NCBI RefSeq assembly: GCF_009914755.1
Contig: NC_060942.1
Origin: the human T2T-CHM13v2.0 reference genome, Homo sapiens
DNA length: 64,000 nt
Direction: 5' to 3' (one strand)
The notes below the pieces were generated by a model. It searched no databases, was not told where the DNA came from, and saw only the letters and a list, made by a program, of their open reading frames with translations. Positions 1 through 12,400 of this stretch are shown in pieces (the stretch's first letter is position 1; the number at the start of each line of letters is the position of its first letter). The position numbers were made by a program, and so were the translations under genes.

Positions 1-257
1 CATGAGACCAGGAATGTCACCATATTGGAGTTCTCCCCATATGGAAATAGAAAGCAAAAAGAAAGGAATTTCTATTTTAAAGCTGTACTTAAGCCAGGCT
101 TCCCATCCTACTTAATGCCACTAATTTTTATAACTTTAGTGGAGGACTTTATTTTTATTACTGTCAAATTTTATTGTTTAATTCAGGTCATAATTCTGGA
201 GTATCAACTTTATTCTATATATTGATCTGCCACTTAATTTTTCATTATTCTTTCCAG

Positions 258-430
258 CTTATAAACCATGCACTTGATAAAAAAGTTCTATCTTCATCAA
301 AGTCATTGGTTATACTTTTCAACAGAATGATACAGAATCTTGTAATAGGCCACTGGAGACTGCTGACCAGTGTAAAATTGTGCCGGGGGGAAGTTATATC
401 TGAAGGTACCACTATTTTTCACAGCCATTA
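258..430 (+). pseudogene. Pseudo-exon, 5' half (AAA4-like), interrupted by Tigger1
   Basis: Acceptor ttattctttccag|. Reads LINHALDKKVLSSSKSLVILFNRMIQNLVIGHWRLLTSVKLCRG, then after a frameshift in the G6 run KLYLKVPLFFTAI, ending at the TA before Tigger1. Confidence 0.6.
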
Positions 431-2786
431 CAGGCACACCTTGGATGTATAGTGAGTTAATTTCCAGATCACTGCAAAAAAGCAAGTCACATGAACTTCT
501 TGGTTTCCCAGTGTCTATAAAAGTTATATTTTCACTATACTATAGTTTATTAAGTGTGCAATAGATTACGTCTAAAAACACAGCATACATATCTTAATTT
601 AAAAATACTTTATTGCTAAAAAATGCTAACAGTCATCTGAGCCTTCAGTTAATCATAATCTCTTTTCTGCTTGAGGGTTTTGCCACAGTATTGATGGCTG
701 TTGACTGATCAGGGTGGTGGCTGGTGAAGGTTGGGTGGCTGTGGCAATTTTCTTAAAGTAAGACAATGAAACTCGATTGTCTTCTTCAATCAGTTGACTC
801 TTCCTTTCACAAAAACATTTCTCTGTAGCATGTGATGCTATTTAATACATTTTACCCATAGTAGAACTTCTTTAAAAATTGGAGTCAACCTTCTCAAATT
901 TTGTTTGGTGTTACTTTATGAATTAAATTTAGGTAATAGTATAAATCCTTTGTTGTTGTTTCAACAGTGTTCACATAATCTTCACCCGGAGTAAATTCTA
1001 TCTCAAAAACGACTTTCTTTGCTCATCCGTAAAAAGCAACTTCATATCCATTCAGGTTAGATCATGAGATTGCAACAATTCATTAGTCACATCTTCAAGC
1101 CCCACTTCTAATTATACTTCTTTTACTATTTCTACCACATCTGCAGTTACTTCCTCTGCCGAAGTCCTAAACCCCCTAAGGCCTTCATGAAGGTTGGCAT
1201 TAAGTTCTTCCAAACTCCTATTCATATTGAGATTTTGAACTTCTCCAATGAATCACAAATGTTCTTAGTGGCATTCAGAATGGTGAATCTCTTCCAGGTT
1301 TTCAACTGTCTTTGCCCACATTCATCAGAGGAATCACTGTTTGTGACAGCTATAGGCTTACAAAATGCATTTCTTAATAGGACTTACAGTTTAAATTACT
1401 CCTTGATCCATGGGCTGCAGAATGGATGTTAGGTTAGCAGGCATGAAAACAACACGAATCTCATGGTACCTCTCCAACAGTGCTCTTGGGTAAAGAGGTG
1501 CATTGTGAATGAGTAGTAAGATTTTGAAAGGAAATCTTTCTTAGCAGTAGGTCTCAAGAGTGAACTTAAAATATTCAGTAAACCATGCTATAATCAAGTG
1601 TTCTGTCATCCAGGCTTTGTTTTTCCATTTATAGAGCACAGGCAGAGTAGCTTTGGCATAATTCTTAAGGGCCTTAGGATTTCTGGAATGGCAAATGAGC
1701 ATTGACTTCAACTTGAAGTCACCAGCTGTACAGACCCTAAGAAGAAAGTCAGCCTATCCTTTGAAGCCAGACATTCACTTTTCTTCAGCTCTGAAAGGCC
1801 TAGATGGCATCTTCTTCCAATAGAAGGCTGTTTCATCTACACTGAAAATCTATTGTAGAGTGTAGCCACCTTCATCAGTGTCCTTAAGTAGGTCTTCTGG
1901 ATAGTTTGCTACAGCTTATCCATCAGCACTTGCTGTTTCACCTTGCAGTTTTATGTTATGAAGATAGTTCCTTCCCTTAAACCTCATGAACCAATTTCTG
2001 CTAGCTTCATTTTTTTTTTTCTGCAGCTTTCTCACCTCTTTTAGCCTTCATAGAATTGAAGAGAGTTGAAGCCTTGCTCTGGATTAGGCCTTGGTTTAAG
2101 GGAATGCTGTGGCTGGTTTGATCTTCTATTCAGACCACTCAAACTTTCTCCATATCATCAATAAGGCTGTTTGGCTTTCTTATCATTTGTGTGTACAGTG
2201 GATAAGCACTTTTAATTTTCTTCAAGAACTTTTCCTTTGCCACAGTTTGGCTATTTGGCACCAAAGGCCTAGCCTTTGACCTATCAGCCTTTGGCATGCC
2301 TTCCTCACTAAGTTCAGTCATTTCTGGCATTTGATTTAAAGTGAGAGACACGCAACTCATCACTTGAACATGTAGAAGCCAATTTAGGATTATTCATTGA
2401 CATAACTTCAATACTGTGGTGTCATAGGGAATAAGCAGACCTGAGAAAAGGGAGAGATATGGGGAATATCTGGTCAGTAGACTAGTCAGAACACATACAA
2501 CATTTATTAAGTTTGCCATCTTACATGGATTCTGTTTGTGGCATTGCAAACAATTACAACAGTAACATTAAAGATCCCTATAACAAATATAACAATGATT
2601 TAAAAGTTTGAAATATTGCTAGAATTACTAAAATGTGACACAGAGACCCAAAGTGAAAACCTACTGTTGAAAAAATGGCACTGATAGACTTGTTTGATGC
2701 AGAGTTGCTACAAACCTTCAATTTCTAAAAACCACAATATCTATGAAGCATCATAAAGCGAAGCACAATAAAATGAGTTATGTCTG
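431..2786 (-). mobile_element. Tigger1 DNA transposon, near full length (~2.36 kb)
   Basis: TA|CAGGCACACC ... GTTATGTCTG|TT terminal inverted repeats. Minus-strand ORF 2139-2363 (SLTLNQ...LSEEGM.KA) matches the Tigger1 transposase N-terminus. Confidence 0.93.
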
Positions 2787-2788
2787 TT

Positions 2789-2909
2789 TCTGCCCTTGAT
2801 TTGTTGCACAGGGTAGTAAAAAACAGGAACCATGTGCTATTGTTTGAGGTCACAAAAAACCCCACACGTGCTATATCCATGCCTTATCACTGTTTGATCT
2901 TATCTGTAG
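2789..2909 (+). pseudogene. Pseudo-exon, 3' half (AAA4-like)
   Basis: Reads CP*FVAQGSKKQEPCAIV*GHKKPHTCYIHALSLFDLIC. Donor appears mutated (AG|ataact). A 71-nt pyrimidine-rich intron follows. Confidence 0.55.
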
Positions 2910-2980
2910 ATAACTTCACTTCACTTTAACTTTAATTTCCCTTAACTTTAACTTCACTTCCAATTAATGTTTTTTTTCAG

Positions 2981-3132
2981 CATAGAGGCATCATCTTAGT
3001 TCTATGATTATGTAAAAAAATGAATCAAGTTGAACACTTTTTGAATTCTCTTACTACAAATAATTTTCTGTAATCACTATAGTTCTTCATTTTCCAAGAA
3101 AAAGTCTCCATTGTGTGCTTTAGGGCCACTGG
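2981..3132 (+). pseudogene. Pseudo-exon (end of AAA4-like domain)
   Basis: ttttttttcag| ... GG|gtatat. Reads (S)[48 protein letters not shown] with one frameshift in the A7 run. Resembles FFI.RVR.NLHIVLCFSPVG. Confidence 0.6.
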
Positions 3133-3161
3133 GTATATGGCTCTGCAGAGCTAATTCAATC

Positions 3162-3455
3162 TTTTTTTTTTTTGAGATGGAGTCTCGCTCTGTCACCCAG
3201 GCTGGAGGGCAGTGGTGTGATCTTGGCTCACTGCAATCTCCGGCTCCTGGGTTCAAGAGATTCTCCTGCCTCAGCCTTCTGAGTAGCTGAGATTACAGGC
3301 ACGTGCCACCACACGCAGCTAATTTTTGTATTTTTAGTAGAGATGGGGTTTCACCACATTGACCAGGATGGTCTCAAACTCCTCACCTCAGCTGATCTGC
3401 CCGCCTCAGCCTCCCAAAGTGCTGGGATTTCAGGCGTGAGCCACTGTGCCTGGCC
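3162..3455 (-). mobile_element. AluS element
   Basis: Poly-T followed by the full reverse-complement Alu dimer. TSD taattca(a/g)tc on both sides. Confidence 0.95.
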
Positions 3456-3490
3456 TAATTCAGTCTTTTTATTCCCTCTCTTTCTTACAG

Positions 3491-3560
3491 CTCTCTCAGT
3501 GAGGCAAGTAAATTATGATATGATTTACTCAAGGATTGTAGCACTTCACACATCTCATAA
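3491..3560 (+). pseudogene. Pseudo-exon
   Basis: ctctctttcttacag| ... |gtgaga, phase 2/0. Reads SLSEASKL*YDLLKDCSTSHIS*, cf. dynein FPSLVNCCTIDWF region. Confidence 0.55.
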
Positions 3561-3832
3561 GTGAGACTGTGCCATTGTAGCTGTATCATCTTCAGCTTCC
3601 ATATTTTTGCTACTAAGAAAATACCCAAGCTCTCTCTTTTTAAGAAACAAACAAAATTATATTGTTTGTTACTGAGTTTTATTATTCAATGCCAGAAAGT
3701 TGGTGGACACTTAAAAAAATCAGTATACTTTAGTAAAATTAATATATTTGAATAGAATCTCATTTAATTCTACTCCTAAAAAATTTAGCTATTTTCATTC
3801 AAAATTAATTAGTATACGTATTAAATATCTCA

Positions 3833-5249
3833 TTTTTTTTATTATACTTTAAGTTCTAGGGTACATGTGCACAACGTGCAGGTGTGTTACATATGTATAC
3901 ATGTGCCATGTTGGTGTGCTGCACCCATTAACTCGTCATTTATATGAGGTATATCTCCTAATGCTATCTCTCCCCCCTCCCCCCACTCCACGACCGGCCC
4001 CAGTGTGTGACGTTCCCCTTCCTGTGTCCAAGTGTTCTCATTGTTCAATTCCCACCTATGAGTGAAAACATGCGGTGTTCGATTTTTTGTCCTTGGGATA
4101 GTTTGCTGAGAATGATGGCTTCCAGCTTTATCCATGTCCCTACACAGGACATGAACTCATCCTTTTTTATGCCTGCATAGTATTCCATGGTGTATATGTG
4201 CCACATTTTCTTAATCCAGTCTATCATTGATGGACATTTGGGTTGGTTCCAAGTCTTTGCTATTGTGAATAGTGCCACAATAAACATACACATGCATGTG
4301 TGTTTATAGCAGCATGATTTATAATCCTTTGGGTATATACCCAGTAATGGGATGGCTGGGTCAAATGGTATTTCTAGTTCTAGATCCTTGAGGAATCGCC
4401 ACACTGTCTTCCACAATGGTTGAACTAGTTTACAGTCCCATCAACAGTGTAAAAGTGTTCCTATTTCTCCACATCCTCTCCAGCACCTGTTGTTTCCTGA
4501 CTTTTTAATGATTGCCATTCTAACTGGTGTGAGATGGTATCTCATTGTGGTTTTGATTTGCATTTCTCTGATGGCCAGTGATGACGAGCATTTTTTCATG
4601 TGTCTGTTGGCTGCATAAATGTCTTCTTCTGAGAAGTGTCTGTTCATATCCTTCACCCACTTTTTGATGGGGTTGTTTATTTCTTGTAAATTTGTTTTTC
4701 TTTGTAGATTCTGGATATTAGCCTTTTGTCAGATGAGAAGATTGCAAAAATTTTCTCCCATTCTGTAGGTTGCCTGTTCACTCTGATGGTAATTTCTTTT
4801 GCTGTGCAGAAGCTCTTTAGTTTAATTGGATCCCATTTGTCAATTGTGGCTTTCGTTGCCATTGCTTTTGGTGTTTTAGACATGAAGTCCTTGCCCATGC
4901 CAATGTCCTGAATGGTATTGTCTAGGTTTTCTTCTAGGGTTTTTATGGTTTTAGGTCTAACATTTAAGTCTTTAATCCATCTTGAATTAATTTTTGTATA
5001 AGGTGTAAGGAAGGGATCCAGTTTCAGCTTTCTACATATGGCTAGCCAGTTTTCCCAGCACCATATTAAATAGGCAATCCTTTCCCCATTTCATGATTTT
5101 GTCAGGTTTGTCAAAGATCAGATGGTTGTAGATGTGTGGTATTATTTCTGAGGGCTCTGTTCTGTTCCATTGGTCTATATCTCTGTTTTGGTACCACTAC
5201 CATGCTGTTTTGGTTACTGTAGCCTTGTAGTATAGTTTGAAGTCAGGTT
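3833..5249 (-). mobile_element. 5'-truncated L1PA (3' UTR + ORF2 C-terminus)
   Basis: Starts ttttttattatactttaagttctagggtacatgtgcac (L1PA 3' end). ORFs 4045-4898 translate to the ORF2 C-terminus (WKTVWRFLKDLELEIPFDPAIPLLG). Confidence 0.95.
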
Positions 5250-5529
5250 AGATTTCAATTTTATACTGCATCTTTAAAACTCACCAAGAGCCACTGACAT
5301 TTTTCTCATTGGAGTTATGGGAAATTTTATGTTATTTCAAGATAGCCTGTTCATTCCAAAATCTATTATTTTAGAGTAAAAAAATCTTTACACTTACATT
5401 AAAATATTCATGATGAAGCACATCTAGTCACCTGGAATGCATTTCATGCTGAATGATAATGCCTCATATTTGAACAATACATTACAATTGCAAAACAGTC
5501 TCAAATGTCTGTCTAATTTATCTAATTTG

Positions 5530-5670
5530 TTCTACACAATTATCCTGTGAAAATGGAGGATAGATACTATTTTTTTCCATTTCACAGGTCAGGTAACTGA
5601 ACCTCACATAGGTTACCTTCCTTTGCTAGGGAGATATAGCTTGGGATAAGACTAGACCTGGGCCCTGGTC
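5530..5670 (-). mobile_element. MIR fragment
   Basis: MIR core-like acaattatcctgtga...ccatttcacaggtcaggtaactgaacctcac. Confidence 0.55.
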
Positions 5671-5680
5671 TCTGCTAAAC

Positions 5681-6027
5681 CAGGGGTCCCCAACCCCCAG
5701 GCCACAGACTGGTACTGGCCTGTGGTGTATTAGGAACAGGGCCACACAGCAGGAGGATTAGTGGTAGGTAAACAAACATTACCACCTGAACTCTGTCTCC
5801 TGTCAGACGAGAGCATTAGGTTCCCATAGGAGCACGAACCCTATTGTGAACTGTGCATGCGAGGGATCTAGGTTGCATGCTGTTTATGAGAATCTAATGC
5901 CTGATGATGTGAGGTGGAACAGCTTCATCCTGAAAGCATCACCCCCACCACTGCTCACCTGTCCATGGAAAAGTTGTCTTCCATGAAATTGGTCCCTGGT
6001 GCCAAAAAGGTTGGGAACTGACTACTG
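5681..6027. mobile_element. MER1B-like hAT-Charlie MITE
   Basis: Begins caggggtccccaacccc, ends ggttgggaactgactactg. 8-bp TSD tgctaaac/cgctaaac. Confidence 0.88.
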
Positions 6028-6379
6028 CGCTAAACCCATTCACTCTACCGTGACCACCAGGAGCAGATGCTGTAATGAACACAAAAATAATGTTCTTTCT
6101 TACAATGACTTTATATTAAGTTAAATAAAAGATTAGGGGTGATCACCCATAATATTTGAAATAGTAATTATGTATTAAGACAGAGTTTCAAAAAATCAAA
6201 AATATGTAAATCATTTTGCCTAAAGTCTCCCAGTGCTAACTGCCATTTTGTTGTATCTATGTTGGTTACCATTTCAATCAATCAAATGCTGAGATAGGTG
6301 GCATGCATTGATGAGAACAGTAAGTGACATTTACCTAGCTCTTTGTGTGTGTCTGTGTGTGTGTACAGGCAGCTGTGAT

Positions 6380-6605
6380 AAGGCTAAAGGCACTGAGGAT
6401 CTAGAGTTTGAAGACCTGGGTCTTGCAAAACCATCACATTCAGTAGACAAGTGACTTTGGGTTCTGTACTCAGGTTTTCCTAAGTGTAAGGTGGAGATAA
6501 TAAAATTTACTTTTATTATTGAGTTGGTGATCATATCTGAAAATATTCATGCAAGGTTTTGTAAACGCTAAAGTGCTCTACAAATGTTAGGTGTCATTAT
6601 TATTA
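6380..6605 (+). mobile_element. MIR fragment
   Basis: gacctgggtc...gtgactttggg...ctcaggttttcc...gtaaggtggagataataa...gtgctctacaaatgttag. Confidence 0.6.
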
Positions 6606-6882
6606 GTCCTGGATCATTTTCAGATTGGAGGAGAATACAATTCGGGTTGGCTTTGTTCTTGGAAAAGCCTGTATTAGTAAAATATAGTCCTTTTTGAACA
6701 AATATGTAGGCTACACCTAAGAATATAAAATTCATCTTCTGAAATGTTTGCTTATGCTTTTGTACCAATGTTCTAGAAATAAAGAAGAAATTGTTCTGGT
6801 CTTTTGCTGGGAACACAATATTCACCATATACTACTATAGTTACCTAAAACAAGACATAATTTGGTCACTGTGAAAGGATCC

Positions 6883-7280
6883 TTCCACTCAGATGGTTTA
6901 CAGTAAGCATTGCTCCTATAAGGTCAAAATGTTGTCTTGTTGGTCTGCTTTCAAAAACAAAGCCAAACAGCTCAGACTTAGGAAAGTCATGCTAAGCATT
7001 GCTGCAATAGCAGAACCACTGGACTGAGCTTGGGCTGCAGCCTTCGCAGTTGTGGGCGAACAAGGGAAGGCAGAGGTTGCTTCCACTCAGATGGTTTAGA
7101 GTAAGTAGTACTTCTATAACGTCAAAATGTTGTCTTGTCGGTTTACTTTCAAACACAAAGTCAAACAGCTCACAGACTCAGAAAGGAAAGTCACGCTAAG
7201 GATTGCTGCGATAATAGAACCACTGGAATGAGCTTGGGCTGCAGGCTTCGCAGGTGTGGGCAAACAGTAGGAGGCAGAGC
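6883..7280 (+). repeat. Diverged tandem duplication, 2 x ~198 bp
   Basis: Units start ttccactcagatggttta at 6883 and 7081 and share gtcaaaatgttgtcttgt, gaaccactgga.tgagcttgggctgcag.cttcgcag.tgtgggc and aggcagag. Confidence 0.92.
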
Positions 7281-7654
7281 TAGCAGTCACAGCTTTAAAC
7301 CTCTGTGCTGGTGTCCTGTCACCAATTACTCGTGCCACCAGAACACCCCACTGCTCTCTTGGAGGTGCACTGATAACCTTTTTAAGCTCTGGCTCCAATT
7401 TGCTACACACTGTGAAATTCTTATAGCTGTGTCTCCTGTGGCCTGATCTCACAGTGGCATTGTGATCACAGAAACTCACCCAAGAAGCAAATGCAAATTA
7501 CCTTGAATTCTTCACTTGCTTTTCTCAAAATCCTTTTTGATCTCTCATCTGTGTATCTGTGCATTTCACCTGTTTCCATAGTCCTCTTAAAAGATTGACC
7601 TCCAGGTCTGTCCCAAGCTTTTCTTCACCTTCCCTTATATAGTCTTTCCTTCAG

Positions 7655-7786
7655 ATTTTTTTTTTTTTAAGAGATGGGGTCTTGGTATGTTGCCCAGGTT
7701 GGTCTTGAGCTCCTGGGCTCAAGAGATATGCCCGCCTCGGCCTCCCAAAGCACTGGGATTACAGGCATAAGCCACAACGACCAGCC
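7655..7786 (-). mobile_element. FLAM/Alu left monomer
   Basis: Poly-T then a single Alu arm ending ...attacaggcataagccacaacgaccagcc. Confidence 0.85.
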
Positions 7787-7801
7787 TTTTCCAAATTTTA
7801 C

Positions 7802-7803
<2 letters not shown>

Positions 7804-7866
<63 letters not shown>
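7804..7866. repeat. (TC)n(CA)n compound microsatellite
   Basis: Directly visible. Confidence 0.97.
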
Positions 7867-7867
<1 letters not shown>

Positions 7868-8210
7868 AAATTGGTCTGGTAGGGCAGCAGCATTACCAAA
7901 GGGCAGGAAAGGGAAGACCCCCAGTGGACCAAGTCCAAGTCCTCATTCATGGGAGGAAGAAAGAGAATATTTGAGAATCTTCTTGATCTAATTTTGGCCC
8001 TTGACAGTTTTTTCTGTAGTTTTACCCTTAGAAAAGCTGAGATAAAGTAGAATACTCAAGGAGACTTTATTAAATATCAAGAGGACACATGAAAATAAAC
8101 ACAAAATAAATAAGAAATTTGCTTCTTCCTCTAACTCAAAAACATGCATTCAGGTTGCTGTGAATGTCATTTATTCATTCCTTTTTAAGGCTGAGTAGTA
8201 AGTATTCCAT

Positions 8211-8224
8211 TAGATAGAGATGAC

Positions 8225-8269
<45 letters not shown>

Positions 8270-8330
8270 TTGCATATATACATATACACACACACAAACA
8301 TATATATTGCATATATATATATATATATAG
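8211..8330. repeat. (GATA)n and (TA)/(CA) microsatellite inside the L1 3' UTR
   Basis: Directly visible. Confidence 0.95.
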
Positions 8331-9078
8331 CAGCAAATTGTGCTGCTATAAACGTGTGCAATTATTTTTTCTTATAATGACTTATTTTCCTCTGGGTAGA
8401 CACCCATTGGTGGGACTGTTAGATCAAATGGTAGTTCTAATTTTAGTTCTTTAAGGAATCTTCACACTGTTTTCCATAGTGGTTGTACTGGTTTACATTC
8501 CCACCAGCAGTGTACAAGTGTTCCCTTTTCACCACCAACATGCCAACATCTATTATTTTTTTATTTTTCGATAATGTTTATTCTTGCAGGAGTAAGGTGG
8601 TATCACATTGTGGTTTTGATTTGCACTTCCCTGGTCATTACTGATGTTGATTATTTTTCCATAAGTTTTTTGGCCATTTGTATATCTTCTTTTCACAATT
8701 GTCTAGTCATATCCTTAGCCCAATTTTGATGGGATTTTTTTTTCTTGCTAATTTGTTTGAGTTACTTGTAGATTCTGGATATTAGTCCTTTGTCAAATGT
8801 ATAGACGGTGAAGATTTTCTCCCACCCTGTGGGTTCTCTGTTTACTCTGCTGACTGTTCTTTTTGCTGTGCAGAAACTCTTTGGTTTAATTAAGTCCCAC
8901 CTATTTATCTTTGTTTTTGCTGCATTTACTTTTGGGTTCTTGGTCATGAAGTCTTTGCCTAAGTATTGTCTAGAGGGTTTTTCCGATGTTATCTTCTAGA
9001 ATTTTTGTAGTTTCAGGTCTTAGATTTAAGTCCTTAATCCATCTTCAGTTGATTTTTGTATAAGGTAAGAGATGAGGA

Positions 9079-9409
<331 letters not shown>

Positions 9410-12400
9410 CTACATGTAGTTCACCAATTATCTCAGCACCATTTGTTGAATAGGGTGTCCTTTCCCCACTTTATGTTTTTGTTTGCTTTGTCAAAGATGA
9501 GTTGTCTTTAAGTATTTGGTTTTATTTCTGGGTTCCCTATTCTGTTCCATTGGTCTACATGCCTATTTTTATATCAGTACCATGCTTTTTTGGTGACTGT
9601 GGCCTTATAGTATAGTTTGAAGTCAGGTGATGTGATGCCTCCAGATTTGTTCTTTTTGCTTAGTCTTGCTTTGGCTATGTGGGCTCTTTTTTGGTTTCAT
9701 ATAAATTTTAGGATTTTTTTTCAAGTTATATGAAGAATGATGGCAGTATTTTTATTTGAAGTGCATTGAATTTCTAGATTGCTTTTGGCAATATGGTTAT
9801 TTTCACAATATTGATTCTACCCATCCATGAGCATGGGATGTGTTTCCATTTGTGTGTGTCATCTATGATTTCTTTAAGCAGCGTTTTGTAGTTTTCCTTG
9901 TAGAGGTCTTTCATGTCCTTGATTAGGCATATTCCTAAGTATTTTATTTTTTATCTTTCCAGCTACTGTAAAAGGGGTTGGGTTCTTGATGTGATGATTT
10001 GATTCTCAGCTTGGTCATTGTTGGTGTATAGCAGAGCTACTGATTTGTGTACAACAATTTTGTATCCTGAAACTGCTGAATTCATTTATCAGTTTTAGGA
10101 GCTTTTTGGAGGAGTCTTTAGGATTTTCTAGGTATGTGATCATATCATCAGCAAACAGCAACAGTTTGACTTCCTCTTTACTCATTTAGATGCTTTTTAT
10201 TTATTTGTCTTGTCTGATTGCTCTGGCTAGGACTTCCAGTACTTTGCTGAAGAGGAGTGGTGAGAGTGGGCATCCTTGGTTTTCTTCCAGTTCTTGGAGG
10301 GAATTCTTTCAACTTTTCCCTACTCAGTATTATGTTGACTGTGGGTTCGTCATAGATGGCTTTTATTACATTGAAGTATGTCCCTTTTATGCTGATTTTG
10401 CGAGAGTGTTAATCATAAAGGAATGTTGGATTTTGTCAAATGCTTTTTCTGCATTTATTGAGATGATCATGTGATTTTTATTTTTAATTCTGTTTATGTG
10501 GTATATCACATTTTTTGACTTGTGTATGTTTAACCATCTCTGCATCCCTGGTATGAAACCCACTTGATCACAGTGGATTATCTTTCTGATATGCTGTTGG
10601 ATTCAGTTAGCTAGTATTTTGTTAAGGATTTTTGCATCTATGTTCATCTGGGATATTGTTTTGTAGTTTTCTTTTTTTGTTATGTCCTTACCTGGTTTTG
10701 GTATTAGGGTGATACTGACTTCATAGAATGACTTAGGGAGGATTCTCTCTCTGTCTTGTGGAATAACATCAATAGGATTCTTATCAATTCTTTTTTGAAT
10801 GTTTCACGGAATTCAGCTGTGAATCCATCTGGTCCTGGAAGTTTTTTGTTGGTAATATTTTTATTACCACTTCAATCTCACTGCTTCTTATTGGTCGGTT
10901 CAGGGTTTCTAATTCTTCCTGCTTTAGGCTAGGGGGATTGTATGTTTCCAGGAATTTATCCATTTCCTTTAGGTTTTGTAGTTTATGCACTTAAAGGTGT
11001 TCATAGTAGCCTTGAATGATCTTTTGCTTCTAATTGTGCTTATTTAGGTTTTCTATCTGCTTTTCTTGATTAATCTTGCCAATGGCCTATCAATGTTTAT
11101 TTATCTTTTCAAAAAATCAGCTTTTTGTTTTATTTAGCTTTTGTAGATTTTTTGTTTCAATTTCATTTAGTTCTGCTCTGATCTTGGTTCTTTTGTTCTG
11201 CTGCATTTGGGTTTGGTTTATTCTTGTTTCTCTAGTTCCTTGAGGAATGACGTTAGATTGTCTGTTGGTGCTCTTTCGGACTCTTTGATGTAGGCGTTTA
11301 AGGCTATGAACTTTCCTCTTAGCACCGTCTTCGCTGGATCCCAGCCATTTTGATTGATAGGTTGTGTCACTATTTTCACTCAGTTCAAATAATTTTTTAA
11401 TTGCCATCTTGATTTCATTGTTGACCCAATGATCATTCAGAAGCAGGTTATTTAATTTCCATGTATTTGCATGGTTTTGAAGATTCCTTTTGGAGTTGAT
11501 CTCCAATTTGATTTCACTGTGCTCTGAGAGAGTCCTTAATATAATTTCAATTTAATTAAATTTATTGAGACATGTTTGTGGTCTATTATATGATCTACCT
11601 TGAAGAAATTTCCATGCACTGATGAATAGGATGTATATCCTGCAGTTGTTGGGTAGAATGTTCTGTAAATATCTATTAAGGCCATTTGTTCTAGGATATA
11701 GCTTAAATCCATTGTTTCTTTGTTGACTTTCTGTCTTGATGACCTGTCTAGTGCTGTCAGTGGAGTATCAAAGTCCCCCACTATTATTGTGTTGCTGTCT
11801 ATATCATTTCTTAGGTCTAGTAGGAATTGTTTTATAAATTTGGAGTGTCTAGTGTTAGGTGCAAATATATTTAGGATTGTGATATTTTCCTGTTGGACAA
11901 GGCCTTTATCATAATATAATGTCCCTCTTTGTCTTTTTAAACTGCTGTTGCTTTAAAGTTTGTTTTGTGTAATATAAGAATAGCTACTCCCATTCACTTT
12001 TGGTGTCCATTTGCATAGAATGTCTTTTTTCCACCCCTTTACCTTGAGTTTACATAAGTCTGTATGTGAGATGAGTCTCTTGAAGAGAGCAGATACTTGG
12101 TTGGTGAATTCTTATTCATTCTGCAATTCTGTATATTTTAAGTGGAGCATTTAGACCATTTACATTCAACATTAGTATTGAGATTTGAGGTACTATTCCA
12201 TTCATCATGCTATTTGTTGCCTGAATACCTGGGGCATTTTTTATCATATTTTTGTTTTACAGATCCTGTGAGACTCATGCTTCAAAGAGGTTCTGTTTTG
12301 ATGTGTTTCCAGGATTTGTTTCAAGATTTAGAACCCATTTTACAAGTTCTTATAGTGCTGGCTTGATAGTGGCAGATTCTCTTAGCATTTGTTTGTCTGA

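Noticed and set aside
406-430. GT donor at 406 and AG acceptor at 2811 as a genuine ancestral intron
   Set aside because: Without Tigger1 the intron would be only 48 nt and it reads through in frame, so a split exon is the better explanation.
6624-6705. Possible extra pseudo-exon (cattttcag| DWRRIQFGLALFLEKP)
   Set aside because: The position is plausible, but its phase does not match the neighbouring exons and similarity is too weak to call.
6883-7280. CRISPR-like or other prokaryotic repeat array
   Set aside because: There are only two long diverged units with no spacers, and the window is clearly primate nuclear DNA.
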